From: a virus
Reading direction: 5' to 3' (one strand)
Virus record (IMG/VR): IMGVR_UViG_3300030419_007436
Location: 1-64,000 of that record
Length of the DNA stretch: 64,000 bases
Below the pieces are notes generated by a model. That model ran no database searches. It saw only the letters and a list, made by a program, of their open reading frames with translations, and had not been told where the DNA came from. Of the stretch, positions 1-10,300 are shown piece after piece. Position numbers and translations under genes: made by a program. Position 1 is the stretch's first letter. The number at the start of each line of letters is the position of its first letter.

Positions 1-1952
1 TGGTATTCAAAAAACATATTTAGCCAAAGCTTAACCAAGGTTTCAGAAAATAAAGAATGTTCCCACGCACTAATGTCGCCAACTTTATCGTTTTTAAAAT
101 TATCTTTAAAATATGAGTCTTGTCTGATTAAACAAGCGTCTACCATTGCGCCTGGAGGTTTTGTTTCAAGGGTTTCATAAAACCTCGTGGCCGTATTTGT
201 TGTACCCTCAACTTTAGAGCGTGCTGTATATCTGGGCCACATCGCAGCCATAATGTTTTGCATAAAAATATCAGTTAAATCGTTTTCATATAATATTTTT
301 CCAACAATACCAGTGTTTGAGGCCGGTATTTCAATATCAACATGCATCGGAAAATGTTTTTTTAATTTATCAGCCTCTAATATAAAATCTTTCATCTTAT
401 AAGCAGAAATTCCAGTAGTGTGATATTTTTTCTCCAAGGATAAAATATGTGGGGATTTTACTCCCCCTTTATCGATGTCGGGCCAATTAGGTATTGTGGA
501 GGGCGCCTTATCAATTTTGTCAGTCGCTCTCACGAAATTATTCAAATACTCTGATATGGTTATTTTTGGGTTAAAAAGAGGTTTGATAATTTTTTCTATT
601 TCATCAGAGGCAGCGTCGAAACCTGTAAGAGAGGCTTTCTTATATTCTAAATTGTGCCAGTACGCACCATTCTCCATTTTTTCAAAATTTAATCTTTTTC
701 CAAGATAGGAAAAATGCGAATCGTCCGTGACACCCTGACTGCCAACATCCTTTGACCACCAACTAATAGGCATATAGGAGCCCTGATCCCAGTATCTATA
801 AGACGGCTCATTGGAAGTTCTATCATAGATTAGTGCATATATGTTTGGCAACATTGTTTCAGGTATTGGAACAAACCCTGAGCCGTCAAAAATATTAACT
901 TTATTGCTGTGATAATCAGAAATGGCTTGTTCATAGGGTAGTAAATAAAAATTATAATGCGCATCAATCTTGACTGGTGCACTCAGCCCTGATTCTTCAG
1001 CCAGAGAAGATTGATATGCGGTTTCTAGAGATGGCTTTTCAATAGTAAAAAATGCATCCCGATAAGAAATATTAGGCATATCTATTTTTGATATATTTGA
1101 TTTTTCATTAGGAACTTTCTGATGCCAAGTCCAAAGTGAGTGCCAGTTTACTGAAGTAAAAGAATCGCCATCTATATCCACATCCCCCATTAATGACAAA
1201 TCTTGAGTATATTGTTTAAAGGTACCTGCTACATATTCAGAATCAACCTCTTTCGGCAGCGACCAAAGGACGGGAGTGGCGCCTTCTGAAGATACTTGTA
1301 GTTCTTCATGTCGCGGGGGCACCAATTTTATAATTGCACCAGGCAATGAAAAAGCAGCATGTTTTGGCAAAACTCCCATCGTCTTGACCGCGGCAGGATT
1401 GTTTTTTTCCAAAATAGGGTTCGTTTCCTCCACCCTACTAAAGAGCGCTCCGTATCTCACAGGATCCCAAAACTGGCCGAAACTTTGTGGGGGAGGCTTC
1501 GAAACATCCCAAGAGGGTAAAGGATTGCTCATATAAGATTTCCACACTCCTAATACATTCCCTTCCCCTGGAGTCCAACCGCGGTTCAAATATTCACTTG
1601 CATCTTTCATTTGCTCCCAGCCAAGCTTACTCCCATCAACAGGCCAAAACTGCATTCCAGTACTTTGGGGGGCGTTTGATTCACCAGCATTCCAAGGGGA
1701 CCATGCAGACAAATCTCCCTTTTTTGTGAGATCGCGAGGTTTTCCAGAAAGTGCATTAATGCCTCTAATTTTTGCCATTTCACATGCAGTTCCTCCTGCC
1801 TTCATTATGCCGTTCCAAAAACTTAAATATGGAATATTAAACGGCGCACAGGAAATTTGACCCTTAATTGAATATGTATTGGCTCCATCCGTATTTTTTT
1901 CATAGATGTCTATCTGCTTGGTTTCGCCGTCCGCATCTTTATAATAGGGCAT
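1..1952 (-). CDS. Large putative virion structural protein, truncated at the left window edge (>650 aa; absent from the ORF track)
   Basis: I translated the minus strand by hand from the ATG at 1952 (MPYYKDADGETKQIDIYEK...) to about position 840 with no stop. The same frame is still open at positions 59-3 (HSLFSETLVKLWLNMFFEY). It contains YNFYLLPYEQAI...PETMLPNIYAL and lies at the end of the structural operon. Its function is inferred from context only. Confidence 0.75.
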   Translation of the reverse strand, partial: MPYYKDADGETKQIDIYEKNTDGANTYSIKGQISCAPFNIPYLSFWNGIMKAGGTACEMAKIRGINALSGKPRDLTKKGDLSAWSPWNAGESNAPQSTGMQFWPVDGSKLGWEQMKDASEYLNRGWTPGEGNVLGVWKSYMSNPLPSWDVSKPPPQSFGQFWDPVRYGALFSRVEETNPILEKNNPAAVKTMGVLPKHAAFSLPGAIIKLVPPRHEELQVSSEGATPVLWSLPKEVDSEYVAGTFKQYTQDLSLMGDVDIDGDSFTSVNWHSLWTWHQKVPNEKSNISKIDMPNISYRDAFFTIEKPSLETAYQSSLAEESGLSAPVKIDAHYNFYLLPYEQAISDYHSNKVNIFDGSGFVPIPETMLPNIYALIYDRTSNEPSYRYWDQGSYMPISWWSKDVGSQGVTDDSHFSYLGKRLNFEKMENGAYWHNLEYKKASLTGFDAASDEIEKIIKPLFNPKITISEYLNNFVRATDKIDKAPSTIPNWPDIDKGGVKSPHILSLEKKYHTTGISAYKMKDFILEADKLKKHFPMHVDIEIPASNTGIVGKILYENDLTDIFMQNIMAAMWPRYTARSKVEGTTNTATRFYETLETKPPGAMVDACLIRQDSYFKDNFKNDKVGDISAWEHSLFSETLVKLWLNMFFEY

Positions 1953-1958
1953 TTTTTA

Positions 1959-2198
1959 TTAATATCCTCCGCCTGAAGACATATCATAATCATCTTCTAG
2001 TTCGGCATAGGCTAGCCAACCAGATTTACTATAGTCGCGGCCGGACGTTACCCCCGACAGGTCCCAACTAGAAAGTTGAGAGGCGACCGATGGCACGTTA
2101 GTGTCGATCATATCATACATGTATCCAGTACATATGTATTCACTGCCCAGTTGTGAAAAAAAGCTTTTATCATAAAAATCTGTTATATTTAGGGCCAT
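1959..2198 (-). CDS. Hypothetical 79-aa acidic protein
   Basis: ORF track; SD-like AAGAGG about 9 nt upstream of the ATG; ends 6 nt before the next gene. Confidence 0.65.
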   Translation of the reverse strand: MALNITDFYDKSFFSQLGSEYICTGYMYDMIDTNVPSVASQLSSWDLSGVTSGRDYSKSGWLAYAELEDDYDMSSGGGY

Positions 2199-2269
2199 TT
2201 GTTAATTCCTCTTTTAATAAATATTTTTAATTTATATTTTTTATATTTTAAACCAAATCCTATTATATC

Positions 2270-5200
2270 TTAATAACCTTCTGTCGATTCTTCAATCGTA
2301 GGGCCCTTCAGCCACGACGGTGCTGGTTTTCCCTGGTAATAAGTGTTTATGCCACCGGCCAATTGATTGTCACTTGCAATAAAAAAATGTTCATCAAATA
2401 TCGGCAAATCTAATTTTTCATATATTCTAGTGCTATACATTGGATCTCTATGTTTTTTAATTCTGCATAGCAAGTGTCCACCAACATTTTCAGACGATTG
2501 CCAACTGTCTATAATTTTGGTGGACAAGGGGCGCCAGTACGGTACCTTAACTGAGCTTCCATATATATCTTCATATTTTACACCAACGTTGTTTTTATTT
2601 TCAAAACTTTCAACTATCCCGTAACCGGCTAAATATTCTATTTCCCCTAAGTTTTGGTGATTAAACCAAAATTGACCAAATTTATCAACAAACATATTTT
2701 TATCACTTGGAGGATTTTCAGCATCATATAGTTTAGAGGCGCCTCCCTTAAACCAATATTGAAAATCAGCAGAAACTTGACCTCTTACATTATCTTCTTC
2801 AATATGATTTACAATTAGTGCTAGAATTTGATAGGGCAACTTATTAAAATAAAACTCTTCTGCAAGGGCGGCGCCGAGTTGTTGTTTGCTCCAAAATTGA
2901 GACAGTTGGCCAGTTCCTGCTGCTCCAAGTGTGATTCCATATTTGTCTCTATAAAATATTTCGTTTTTGTTTGTACCATCGCCGTGAGGATCTAATTTCT
3001 CCCTAATGGCGCGCTCAATCATTACCTGTACAGCTGTTTTAGAAACTGTTGCATCAAAAGAGCCCAACTTTAAATTAAAATAGTTCGGCTTAAGGTGTGC
3101 CATATTAATTAAACTCATAAGAAGCTGCTCTTGTCCTTTACTCTCTTGATAAGGGATTTTAACAGCGGATGGTGTAGCTTGACTATCAAAGTCCGGATCT
3201 TCAGATGAATTGCTTGCTGAATCTGGCATGGGATTGTTGGGGCCATCCCACGACTCTTGTTGGCCGTCTGGCTCTCCTGATGAGTCGTCCGATGGGTCAG
3301 CTTTTGCAAAATCGGCGGCGTCGCCCCCTTCAGTTATTTTCATAGATATAGAAATATCGTCAGCTGCAGAGATACTCGTTTGTGGAAAATAAACACCTAC
3401 GGAATTTAAAGTCTGATATTCTTTTAAGAGCCTTTCAAGTGTGCGCGTCACAGTAAGACTTTCAGCAACACTATTGTCTCCTGTTTTCATGCCAACAGTT
3501 GCCCCCTGTATAGCATCAAATAACGTAGTGTCCCCAAAATTATCCGACACTGAGGATGGATTTCCATATAGTTCTTTTTTATAACGAATTATATCATTCG
3601 CCACTTTCCAATAATCGTTGTCATCATCTTTTCCAACAATTGTTTTTGGCAAGTGTGTATACCCAACAGGAACTCTGAAGTATCTGCCTGCTGTTTTTAA
3701 AACATCAAAGGACTCCAAGGTGGTTGCGGTGTTACCATAAGAAGTTTTCCAGCTAAATGGTATTGTTAACTGTAAATTCATTGCAGATGGAAAATAATTT
3801 ACTATCTCTGAATAAGCGTGATTCTTATAATGTTTAACCATTATTGATTTCAATCCGATAGATGTAGAAGATGCATTTGGGGCGACCGGCGCGGGTAAAA
3901 ACTCATACCCGGCTTCAGCTTTTTTTGTATCAACTAATTCAGAAGAAGCTTTATTATTAAAGGTATGTGTTATTTTTATTTTTCTTTTATGAGCTGCACC
4001 AACAGATGGTGATTTTGTAAAGAGCAATTCTATTTTGCCATTGCTGTCTTTAAAAGGCCCAGTCGTTTTTGGTGTTTTTGCAGTGGAGAAAGAATTTATA
4101 ATTTTTTGTAAATTGTTTGAAATATTTTCAACTATTTCATATACCCCGTTGATCGAATCGGGAGTGGCAGATACTGGATTTAAATTAAATAACATGTTTT
4201 TAAAAAGAGAACCTAAAGTCTGTTGTTTTTCTAGGTTTTTTTTGTTTTTCGTATCTGACCTTAACAAGATCATCATATTTGCCGCTGTCGACAGAGCAGA
4301 ATATAGTTCATCTGGTGTTCCAGTTTTTCCGCTAGAATCTACGAATCCTAGCTTCGAAGCTTCTTTTTTAAACTTCGCATTAAATATACCACTGTAGGGG
4401 TCAAAATAATTTACAGATTGTTTTCCTAAAGTGTTCGATGTCCCATTTGCCAATTGTGCGTAAGGAGCTAATTTTTCTAGACCATTTCTAATAATTTTTA
4501 ATTTACCCGAAAGAAATGATAGGGTAAAATCAGGCATCTCAATTTCCAAAGAATATTCAAATACCCCTTTGTTAATTTTTTGCTTATTATAGTCAGTAAA
4601 AGTGTAGTGTCGCAGAAATCCTGATACTCCTTGTATACCGGCCGATTTTCCATACTCAGAGATGGCACCGCTCTCTGGTCCATAACTTATATTAATTGGA
4701 GAAAGTGCCGATATTGGTTGTGGCCATAACTCTTCTGGGAGTATTCCCTGCTTAGAATCTAAAAAATCAGACGCCCTGTTGCCAAAATAATACATTTGTG
4801 GGTAATTATCATACACTAATTCTCGACCATCTTGATCCATAATATCGTGCGAAACATTAAGGCGGCGGCGGTATATTTTAAATGATAAAAATTTCATAGA
4901 ATTTTTAAAGAAAGTTTCGAGCATTCCAGGGTCTAGAGACATTTTATCTAAAAGCCTAGGAATGGCACAATATCTTTTAACTATTTTTCCCCAATCAATA
5001 CAAAAATATAACTTTACGAGGCCGTCTGTATCTACACTTGATATAAGATCAGAAAAACAAGAAATTTGACTAAAATCTGCCACAGAAACTTTAGATTGTA
5101 AATTAGTATAGTTCCCTCCAAAAATAGATTGACTTAAAGGATTTATATCAAAAAGTTGTTTTTTTGCCAAAGCCTCTTGTCTAAAATCAACTATTCTATT

Positions 5201-6262
5201 GTTATCAACCAAAAGATAATCTAAAAAAGGATGTGGTTCGTTTGTGTGTATATTCCCCGCCATAAACCTGTTGTTGTGTTTATGCACGCCGCCTAACCAT
5301 AATTTACCTTTAAGATGATTAAATGCATTGTTTTCATCACCAGTAGAAACAAAAAATACCATTCCCTTTTCTACAGTTTGTCCCCCTTTTACTATTAGTT
5401 CAGATGCATGTTTGCCATAATTGGCCATGTCGGAAGACATTCCGAAAGTTAGGCGACTATTCCCTTCAATAAATAAACCAGAAAGCATTTCAAATATTTT
5501 TTCTAAATCAATAGTGCATGTAGCAATTGCTGCCAACTCATCAGGAAAAGTTTCACCCAACAAATCATGTGATATTTTAACAGGAATCTTATATACTATG
5601 GTACCATCAGGCAACTGATGGGCAAGTTTTTGCTTCATATCAGATAAATTTTTATGAGTAAATCCTTTTTGTTTAGATTTTTTATTCTTATTAAAATAAC
5701 TTAGAGACTCCATAGTTTTGGCGCTCAGCTTATAATCATTACCATGCTTCAATTTGCCTGATGTAGATTTTTGTATCTTCCAGACTGCGGAGAGAGAATC
5801 TCCTATTGTTAAGTTTCCAAATTTAGAGGTATTTGGTTTATCACCATTTAGATGCCTATATAGCGCCACTGAGGCTTCTCCCTTAAAGGTCATAACATTC
5901 ACTTTAATAAATTGAAGAATGCTTTGAAACGGATCAGTCGAATTTGAACCTCCGTTAGCATGAGTAATATCACCAGCAGAAAGAGCTAAGTCTAAAAATG
6001 TTCCTCCGGTTTCGGGCACCTCCACTAGTAAGTCATAAGTTATTTTTAGGGCTGGCTTGTTGATATATTTATCATTATTGCCCTGCCATCCGCCTAGTTC
6101 ATTATTTTCAGAGTCCCTTTTGTCGATATGAGCTTCAATAACATTTTGCCGACTTGAAGCAATTTTATTTGAGCCCTGTGGGGTTCCCTCTAAAGTAATT
6201 TTATTTATATAAACATTTGGTAAAATGTCACTTATAAGTCCATTTAGCTCATAACTAGACAT
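2270..6262 (-). CDS. Large hypothetical protein (~1330 aa), probably virion-associated
   Basis: ORF track gives 2270..6286. The start is more likely the ATG at 6262 (MSSYELNG), which makes a TAATG overlap with the upstream stop. It has an acidic low-complexity linker (DPSDDSSGEPDGQQESWDGPNNPMPDSASNSSEDPDFDS). No family recognised. Confidence 0.7.
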   Translation of the reverse strand: MSSYELNGLISDILPNVYINKITLEGTPQGSNKIASSRQNVIEAHIDKRDSENNELGGWQGNNDKYINKPALKITYDLLVEVPETGGTFLDLALSAGDITHANGGSNSTDPFQSILQFIKVNVMTFKGEASVALYRHLNGDKPNTSKFGNLTIGDSLSAVWKIQKSTSGKLKHGNDYKLSAKTMESLSYFNKNKKSKQKGFTHKNLSDMKQKLAHQLPDGTIVYKIPVKISHDLLGETFPDELAAIATCTIDLEKIFEMLSGLFIEGNSRLTFGMSSDMANYGKHASELIVKGGQTVEKGMVFFVSTGDENNAFNHLKGKLWLGGVHKHNNRFMAGNIHTNEPHPFLDYLLVDNNRIVDFRQEALAKKQLFDINPLSQSIFGGNYTNLQSKVSVADFSQISCFSDLISSVDTDGLVKLYFCIDWGKIVKRYCAIPRLLDKMSLDPGMLETFFKNSMKFLSFKIYRRRLNVSHDIMDQDGRELVYDNYPQMYYFGNRASDFLDSKQGILPEELWPQPISALSPINISYGPESGAISEYGKSAGIQGVSGFLRHYTFTDYNKQKINKGVFEYSLEIEMPDFTLSFLSGKLKIIRNGLEKLAPYAQLANGTSNTLGKQSVNYFDPYSGIFNAKFKKEASKLGFVDSSGKTGTPDELYSALSTAANMMILLRSDTKNKKNLEKQQTLGSLFKNMLFNLNPVSATPDSINGVYEIVENISNNLQKIINSFSTAKTPKTTGPFKDSNGKIELLFTKSPSVGAAHKRKIKITHTFNNKASSELVDTKKAEAGYEFLPAPVAPNASSTSIGLKSIMVKHYKNHAYSEIVNYFPSAMNLQLTIPFSWKTSYGNTATTLESFDVLKTAGRYFRVPVGYTHLPKTIVGKDDDNDYWKVANDIIRYKKELYGNPSSVSDNFGDTTLFDAIQGATVGMKTGDNSVAESLTVTRTLERLLKEYQTLNSVGVYFPQTSISAADDISISMKITEGGDAADFAKADPSDDSSGEPDGQQESWDGPNNPMPDSASNSSEDPDFDSQATPSAVKIPYQESKGQEQLLMSLINMAHLKPNYFNLKLGSFDATVSKTAVQVMIERAIREKLDPHGDGTNKNEIFYRDKYGITLGAAGTGQLSQFWSKQQLGAALAEEFYFNKLPYQILALIVNHIEEDNVRGQVSADFQYWFKGGASKLYDAENPPSDKNMFVDKFGQFWFNHQNLGEIEYLAGYGIVESFENKNNVGVKYEDIYGSSVKVPYWRPLSTKIIDSWQSSENVGGHLLCRIKKHRDPMYSTRIYEKLDLPIFDEHFFIASDNQLAGGINTYYQGKPAPSWLKGPTIEESTEGY

Positions 6263-7326
6263 TATGAAATCTCCTCTGGGCCGCATGGCTCACCAATATC
6301 ATTATTTTCACCGGTATCATAAATATTTAAAGACTCCAGCTGTGAACTCGGATCGCTGCAATCAAACACTTTGTCGGTATATATATTAGAAACCTTTTCT
6401 TGTTGTAAATTTAGCAGTTGACAGAATTCTGCCTCATCAATATCAAAATCAGTTTCAATTTCAAAATAATATTCAACTGTTTTCTCATCTACGGTGCCTT
6501 GATCTGACAAGAAAAAGAGCCTTTCCAAAACTTCTGGCTGTGTGGTGGTTGCTTCAGATTTTATTCTATAAACCTCAAGTTCAAAATTTTCTTTTCGAAA
6601 CTCAGTGTTTGCCTCTTCTACTTTCAAAAATGCAAAATCGTCTACATAAACCATATAAGAGTCGTCTTTTAGGGGCATAATAACCCTAGAACCGTCGTTG
6701 TTTTCTATATTGGTGCTATATTTTTGTTCAATTTGAAACAATCTATCGTTTTGTTTACTTACTGGAGCACTCGCATCTATCGGATAAATATGAAACTCAA
6801 ACCTAAGATCACATTCTAATTGGGGAATAAAAGTTGTCGGTATTAAATTGTTAGAGCCTATCCAATAACCGGTTGCACCTAAGAGTGGTGCTCTATAAAA
6901 GCCAATGTCCCAAGCCGCAACATATTTAGAGTTATATGCAGAGTTGCCAAGGGGGTTCATAAAAATATAAGAACTGTCAGGAGTCTCTAATAAAAAGTCA
7001 GATGATTTTTTATTTGTTGAAGCAACAACTCCAGGCATTAGATTGTTGACATATTCAGAATTTTCTGAGAAAACACCAATTTCGGCGCCGCGGTAAATTG
7101 TTTGCGCTGACATTCGAGGAGTGTTTTCTTGTATTCTCCCTTCTATTTCATTTTGTGGCTCTTCTTCCTTAGCGCCAGAACCAGAAACGTATCTCCTATC
7201 ATAAAGTATATCATCGTCAAAAAAAGCATAGGATGCGGGTTTAAGCTTTCCCAAAGACAACAGATATCTTCCATATGAAGTTAACTGCAAATCAATGACT
7301 TGTTCTTTTGAGTTGAGAAATGTCAT
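6262..7326 (-). CDS. Putative virion structural (baseplate/tail-associated) protein, 354 aa
   Basis: The N-terminus (MTFLNSKEQVIDLQLTSYGRYLLSLGKLKPASYAFFDDDILYD) resembles, from memory, conserved structural proteins of large myophages. It directly abuts the giant LamG gene (TAAATG). Confidence 0.6.
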   Translation of the reverse strand: MTFLNSKEQVIDLQLTSYGRYLLSLGKLKPASYAFFDDDILYDRRYVSGSGAKEEEPQNEIEGRIQENTPRMSAQTIYRGAEIGVFSENSEYVNNLMPGVVASTNKKSSDFLLETPDSSYIFMNPLGNSAYNSKYVAAWDIGFYRAPLLGATGYWIGSNNLIPTTFIPQLECDLRFEFHIYPIDASAPVSKQNDRLFQIEQKYSTNIENNDGSRVIMPLKDDSYMVYVDDFAFLKVEEANTEFRKENFELEVYRIKSEATTTQPEVLERLFFLSDQGTVDEKTVEYYFEIETDFDIDEAEFCQLLNLQQEKVSNIYTDKVFDCSDPSSQLESLNIYDTGENNDIGEPCGPEEIS

Positions 7327-10300
7327 TTAGTAAAGTCCCCCTCCCGATGGTTTCATTTTTCCAAGTTTTCCAAGAGCACCCAGATCAGTTGCCTTTTTAT
7401 CGGTAGCTTCTGCTTTATTTATCGAATCTGTAGTAACAATTCTATTTAAATTCCAAGCACTAGCTCCAAGATTTACGGCAGCTGAAGTAAATAGAGGGTC
7501 TGCTGCAATTTTAACAGCAGAGGCTGCCGCAGCTGCGGCTGCAGCTTGCGCGTTGAGCTTATCTAGTGCAGAGGCGGCCGCTTTCATTGTGTTTGCTGTG
7601 GCGCCTCCGCCGGGGATATTAACAAAATTTTCTAATATATCCGCACTAGTAACAGCTGCTTTCGTCTTTTTGATATCAAAATCACTTATATTATCAGAAA
7701 TACCAAAAACCGGTGGATTGTTGTCCCCCACTGAGTCAAGTATATCTTTCATTGAGATATTAAAATCTTTGTTTTTGTTTTGTCCCAATGTGCTTAATGA
7801 GTCGTGTGGTTCAAATCTTGCCGTACTCTCAATTTTTGCTAACTCTACAATAGAACAAAAATCATATGGCCAATTATAACTATATGGAGGAATTTCACTA
7901 CCAAATATTTTTGGTTGTATGGGTACCTCTATGGGTGTAAATGTTAACATGGGCATGCCTGGTAATCCCCAAAATGATGGGCCAGTAGTAAAGGTTGGCA
8001 TAAGAACTTGTTTTGTTCTTTTACCTAAATCTCGCTGCGCTGTTAAATCAAAATAATTTGTTTGAGCTTTTTGTTTTACTTTAAAAACCATCCATTGTAT
8101 ATTATTTGGAAGGCCTCCGCCCCACGGTTCTGCGGGCTTTGAATTTAACAGATCAAATCCCTTATATTCTTCATATGGCCATGTTGCATCTTTTGTTTTA
8201 TCCCACTCACTCAAAAGGTTTAAACCAATATCAATCTCTCCAACTGCGCATTGAATTCCAGAGGCTGCGTTTTTCCTTTCAGCATTCGGTAGAACATTTT
8301 GCCAAATATTAACCAAATCATCTTGATTGAGGTGCATAGAAAATTCAAAGAAAACCATAGCAAAAGGATTTTGAGAAACATTATTCAAGAAATCAAACTG
8401 AGGTGGTATTGAATATTTTCGCATTGAATTTACCATCTTAACAACAGAATTAGCTGGTTTTCGTAGAGGCGGAAGCTTTTTCAATTGCTGTTCTAGATCG
8501 GCCTCCTTACCATCAATTATGGCTTGAGCCCAGTCAATTGTTGTTCTATTTATGGGGAAATAAAATTTATTTTTTTGATTGTGATCATATCTAAAAGGAA
8601 TGGCAACAATAGCTTCACTAATTGTTTTTCCTTCGTCAGGTATTTCACCTATTTTAGTCCACTGAGGGACGTTAGAATCTTTAAATCCTAAAAGCTTTGA
8701 TAAAGATTGTGTGTTAAGATATGTATCTGGGTCTGCTTCAATTTCTTTGTGTGGTATGTCCTTAACTTCAAGTATGATGCCAGAATATGCTGATGGGATT
8801 GTACCAGCTTGATGCCACATTCCTTTCGCGACCGAATCAGATCCATATTCTGGTAATGTTATGGGGGCTTGCGCAAAATCTAATACTGGGCACTCCCACT
8901 TGGGCTGTATCACAAGGCGCTCCTCTAGACCTGCTTTGCTCGGGACAGAGACGATTTGGTTCCAATTGATAGAAGCGCTAAGTGGCATACCATTCATCCA
9001 TGCGGTTGTTCCAGAAAGTCGAGAATGTGGTCGTGTTGTTTCCCTATAAGAAGTTACTGTAACGTCCTTCATTATATCAGTAATACTTTTGTCGCCGCCC
9101 TCGTTCGGAATGTAAGTCAATTCTAAGTGGCTGTATCCATCATAATAAGGAGGAGTATAGGGCTCAAAAGAAGATTCTTCCCATGGTTTTGGTGCGCTTG
9201 GCGTATGGCCTGCCATTGCGACCGTCATGACGGTTGTTGCGTCGCAAGGGGGCCCAAAAGAACTTCCATATGCCTGCGTTTTATTTCTTGGGCCGACGTA
9301 CGTTGTGGTATATCCATGCAATGTAGTTTTTGTCCTATCAAAAGAACGATTATACATAGTTAAAGTCGGCTCGTTGTATATAAAAGATGGATAGTTTAGC
9401 TGATAATTCGAATCATTATGAATATCATATAAATCTCGATTAAGAGCATGCGAACAAATTATCCTCATTCTATATGGTACATTGGCCTCAACATTAATGA
9501 CGTTGTTGCTAGCATCTGGGTTCGCTGCTGTATCAGGATCTATATAAGCTTTTGATACCAGAGAAGATAACGGCCCGAATTTACTGCCCTTAGTTCCGTC
9601 AGTGCCCCCCAAAAAGAAATACGGTGTTTCGGCCAAGAAGTTATTCATTGCATATTTAAAAAGTGGGTTTGCAGGTCGTTTAAATGTGCCAGTACTATTA
9701 ATGGATGCAGATGGATGTGGTTCACTATCAACAATAGTTTTACCAACCAGATGCCAATCGGGGGCCGCCAAAGCCTCAAAAGGAATTCTTGTATCAAATC
9801 GGTCTCCTTTGAGTGCAGGGTCATGATCTAATGGTGGTGCTGTTGCCCCAGCGCTTCCGCCGGGGGCCGTAAACTCTGGTCCTGCGCCGGTGAATTCAAT
9901 TACAGAATCTCCAACTGAGGATGTTATAATTGGATAATCAACTGCTATGCCTGATTTGATCGAATTAAAAAGTATTCCTGGTGCAAAAAGTGGCGCAACC
10001 ATGGTTTTCCAATTTGAATCTGTTCCTTGTAGGTTTGCATTAGGTCCATACGATTGACTAAAAAGTTTCGCTATTTGTACTGTGCGTTCGGCCGGATAAA
10101 AACCATCGTATGGTAATAGTTTAGTAATTCCTTTACACTTAAGAGTAAGTTTCGTTGGAATAGCAGTTTCAGAAAAATCTCCTCGAATTGGTTTAAAATA
10201 CTTCATGAAATCACTGTGAGCAAAAATAGTATAAAACGAATTATCTTCGCTACTGGAGTGTCGCGATCCGGAAAGAGTTAAAAACCCAGATGGTTTGTGG

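Noticed and set aside
1953-1961. The 79-aa ORF is in frame with the downstream large gene, which suggested stop readthrough
   Set aside because: Two consecutive TAA codons separate them and the downstream gene has its own ATG, so separate genes are simpler.
7500-7610. Ala-rich tail of the giant protein (AQAAAAAAAASA)
   Set aside because: A short low-complexity C-terminal stretch with mixed codons; not a tandem DNA repeat or phase-variation tract.
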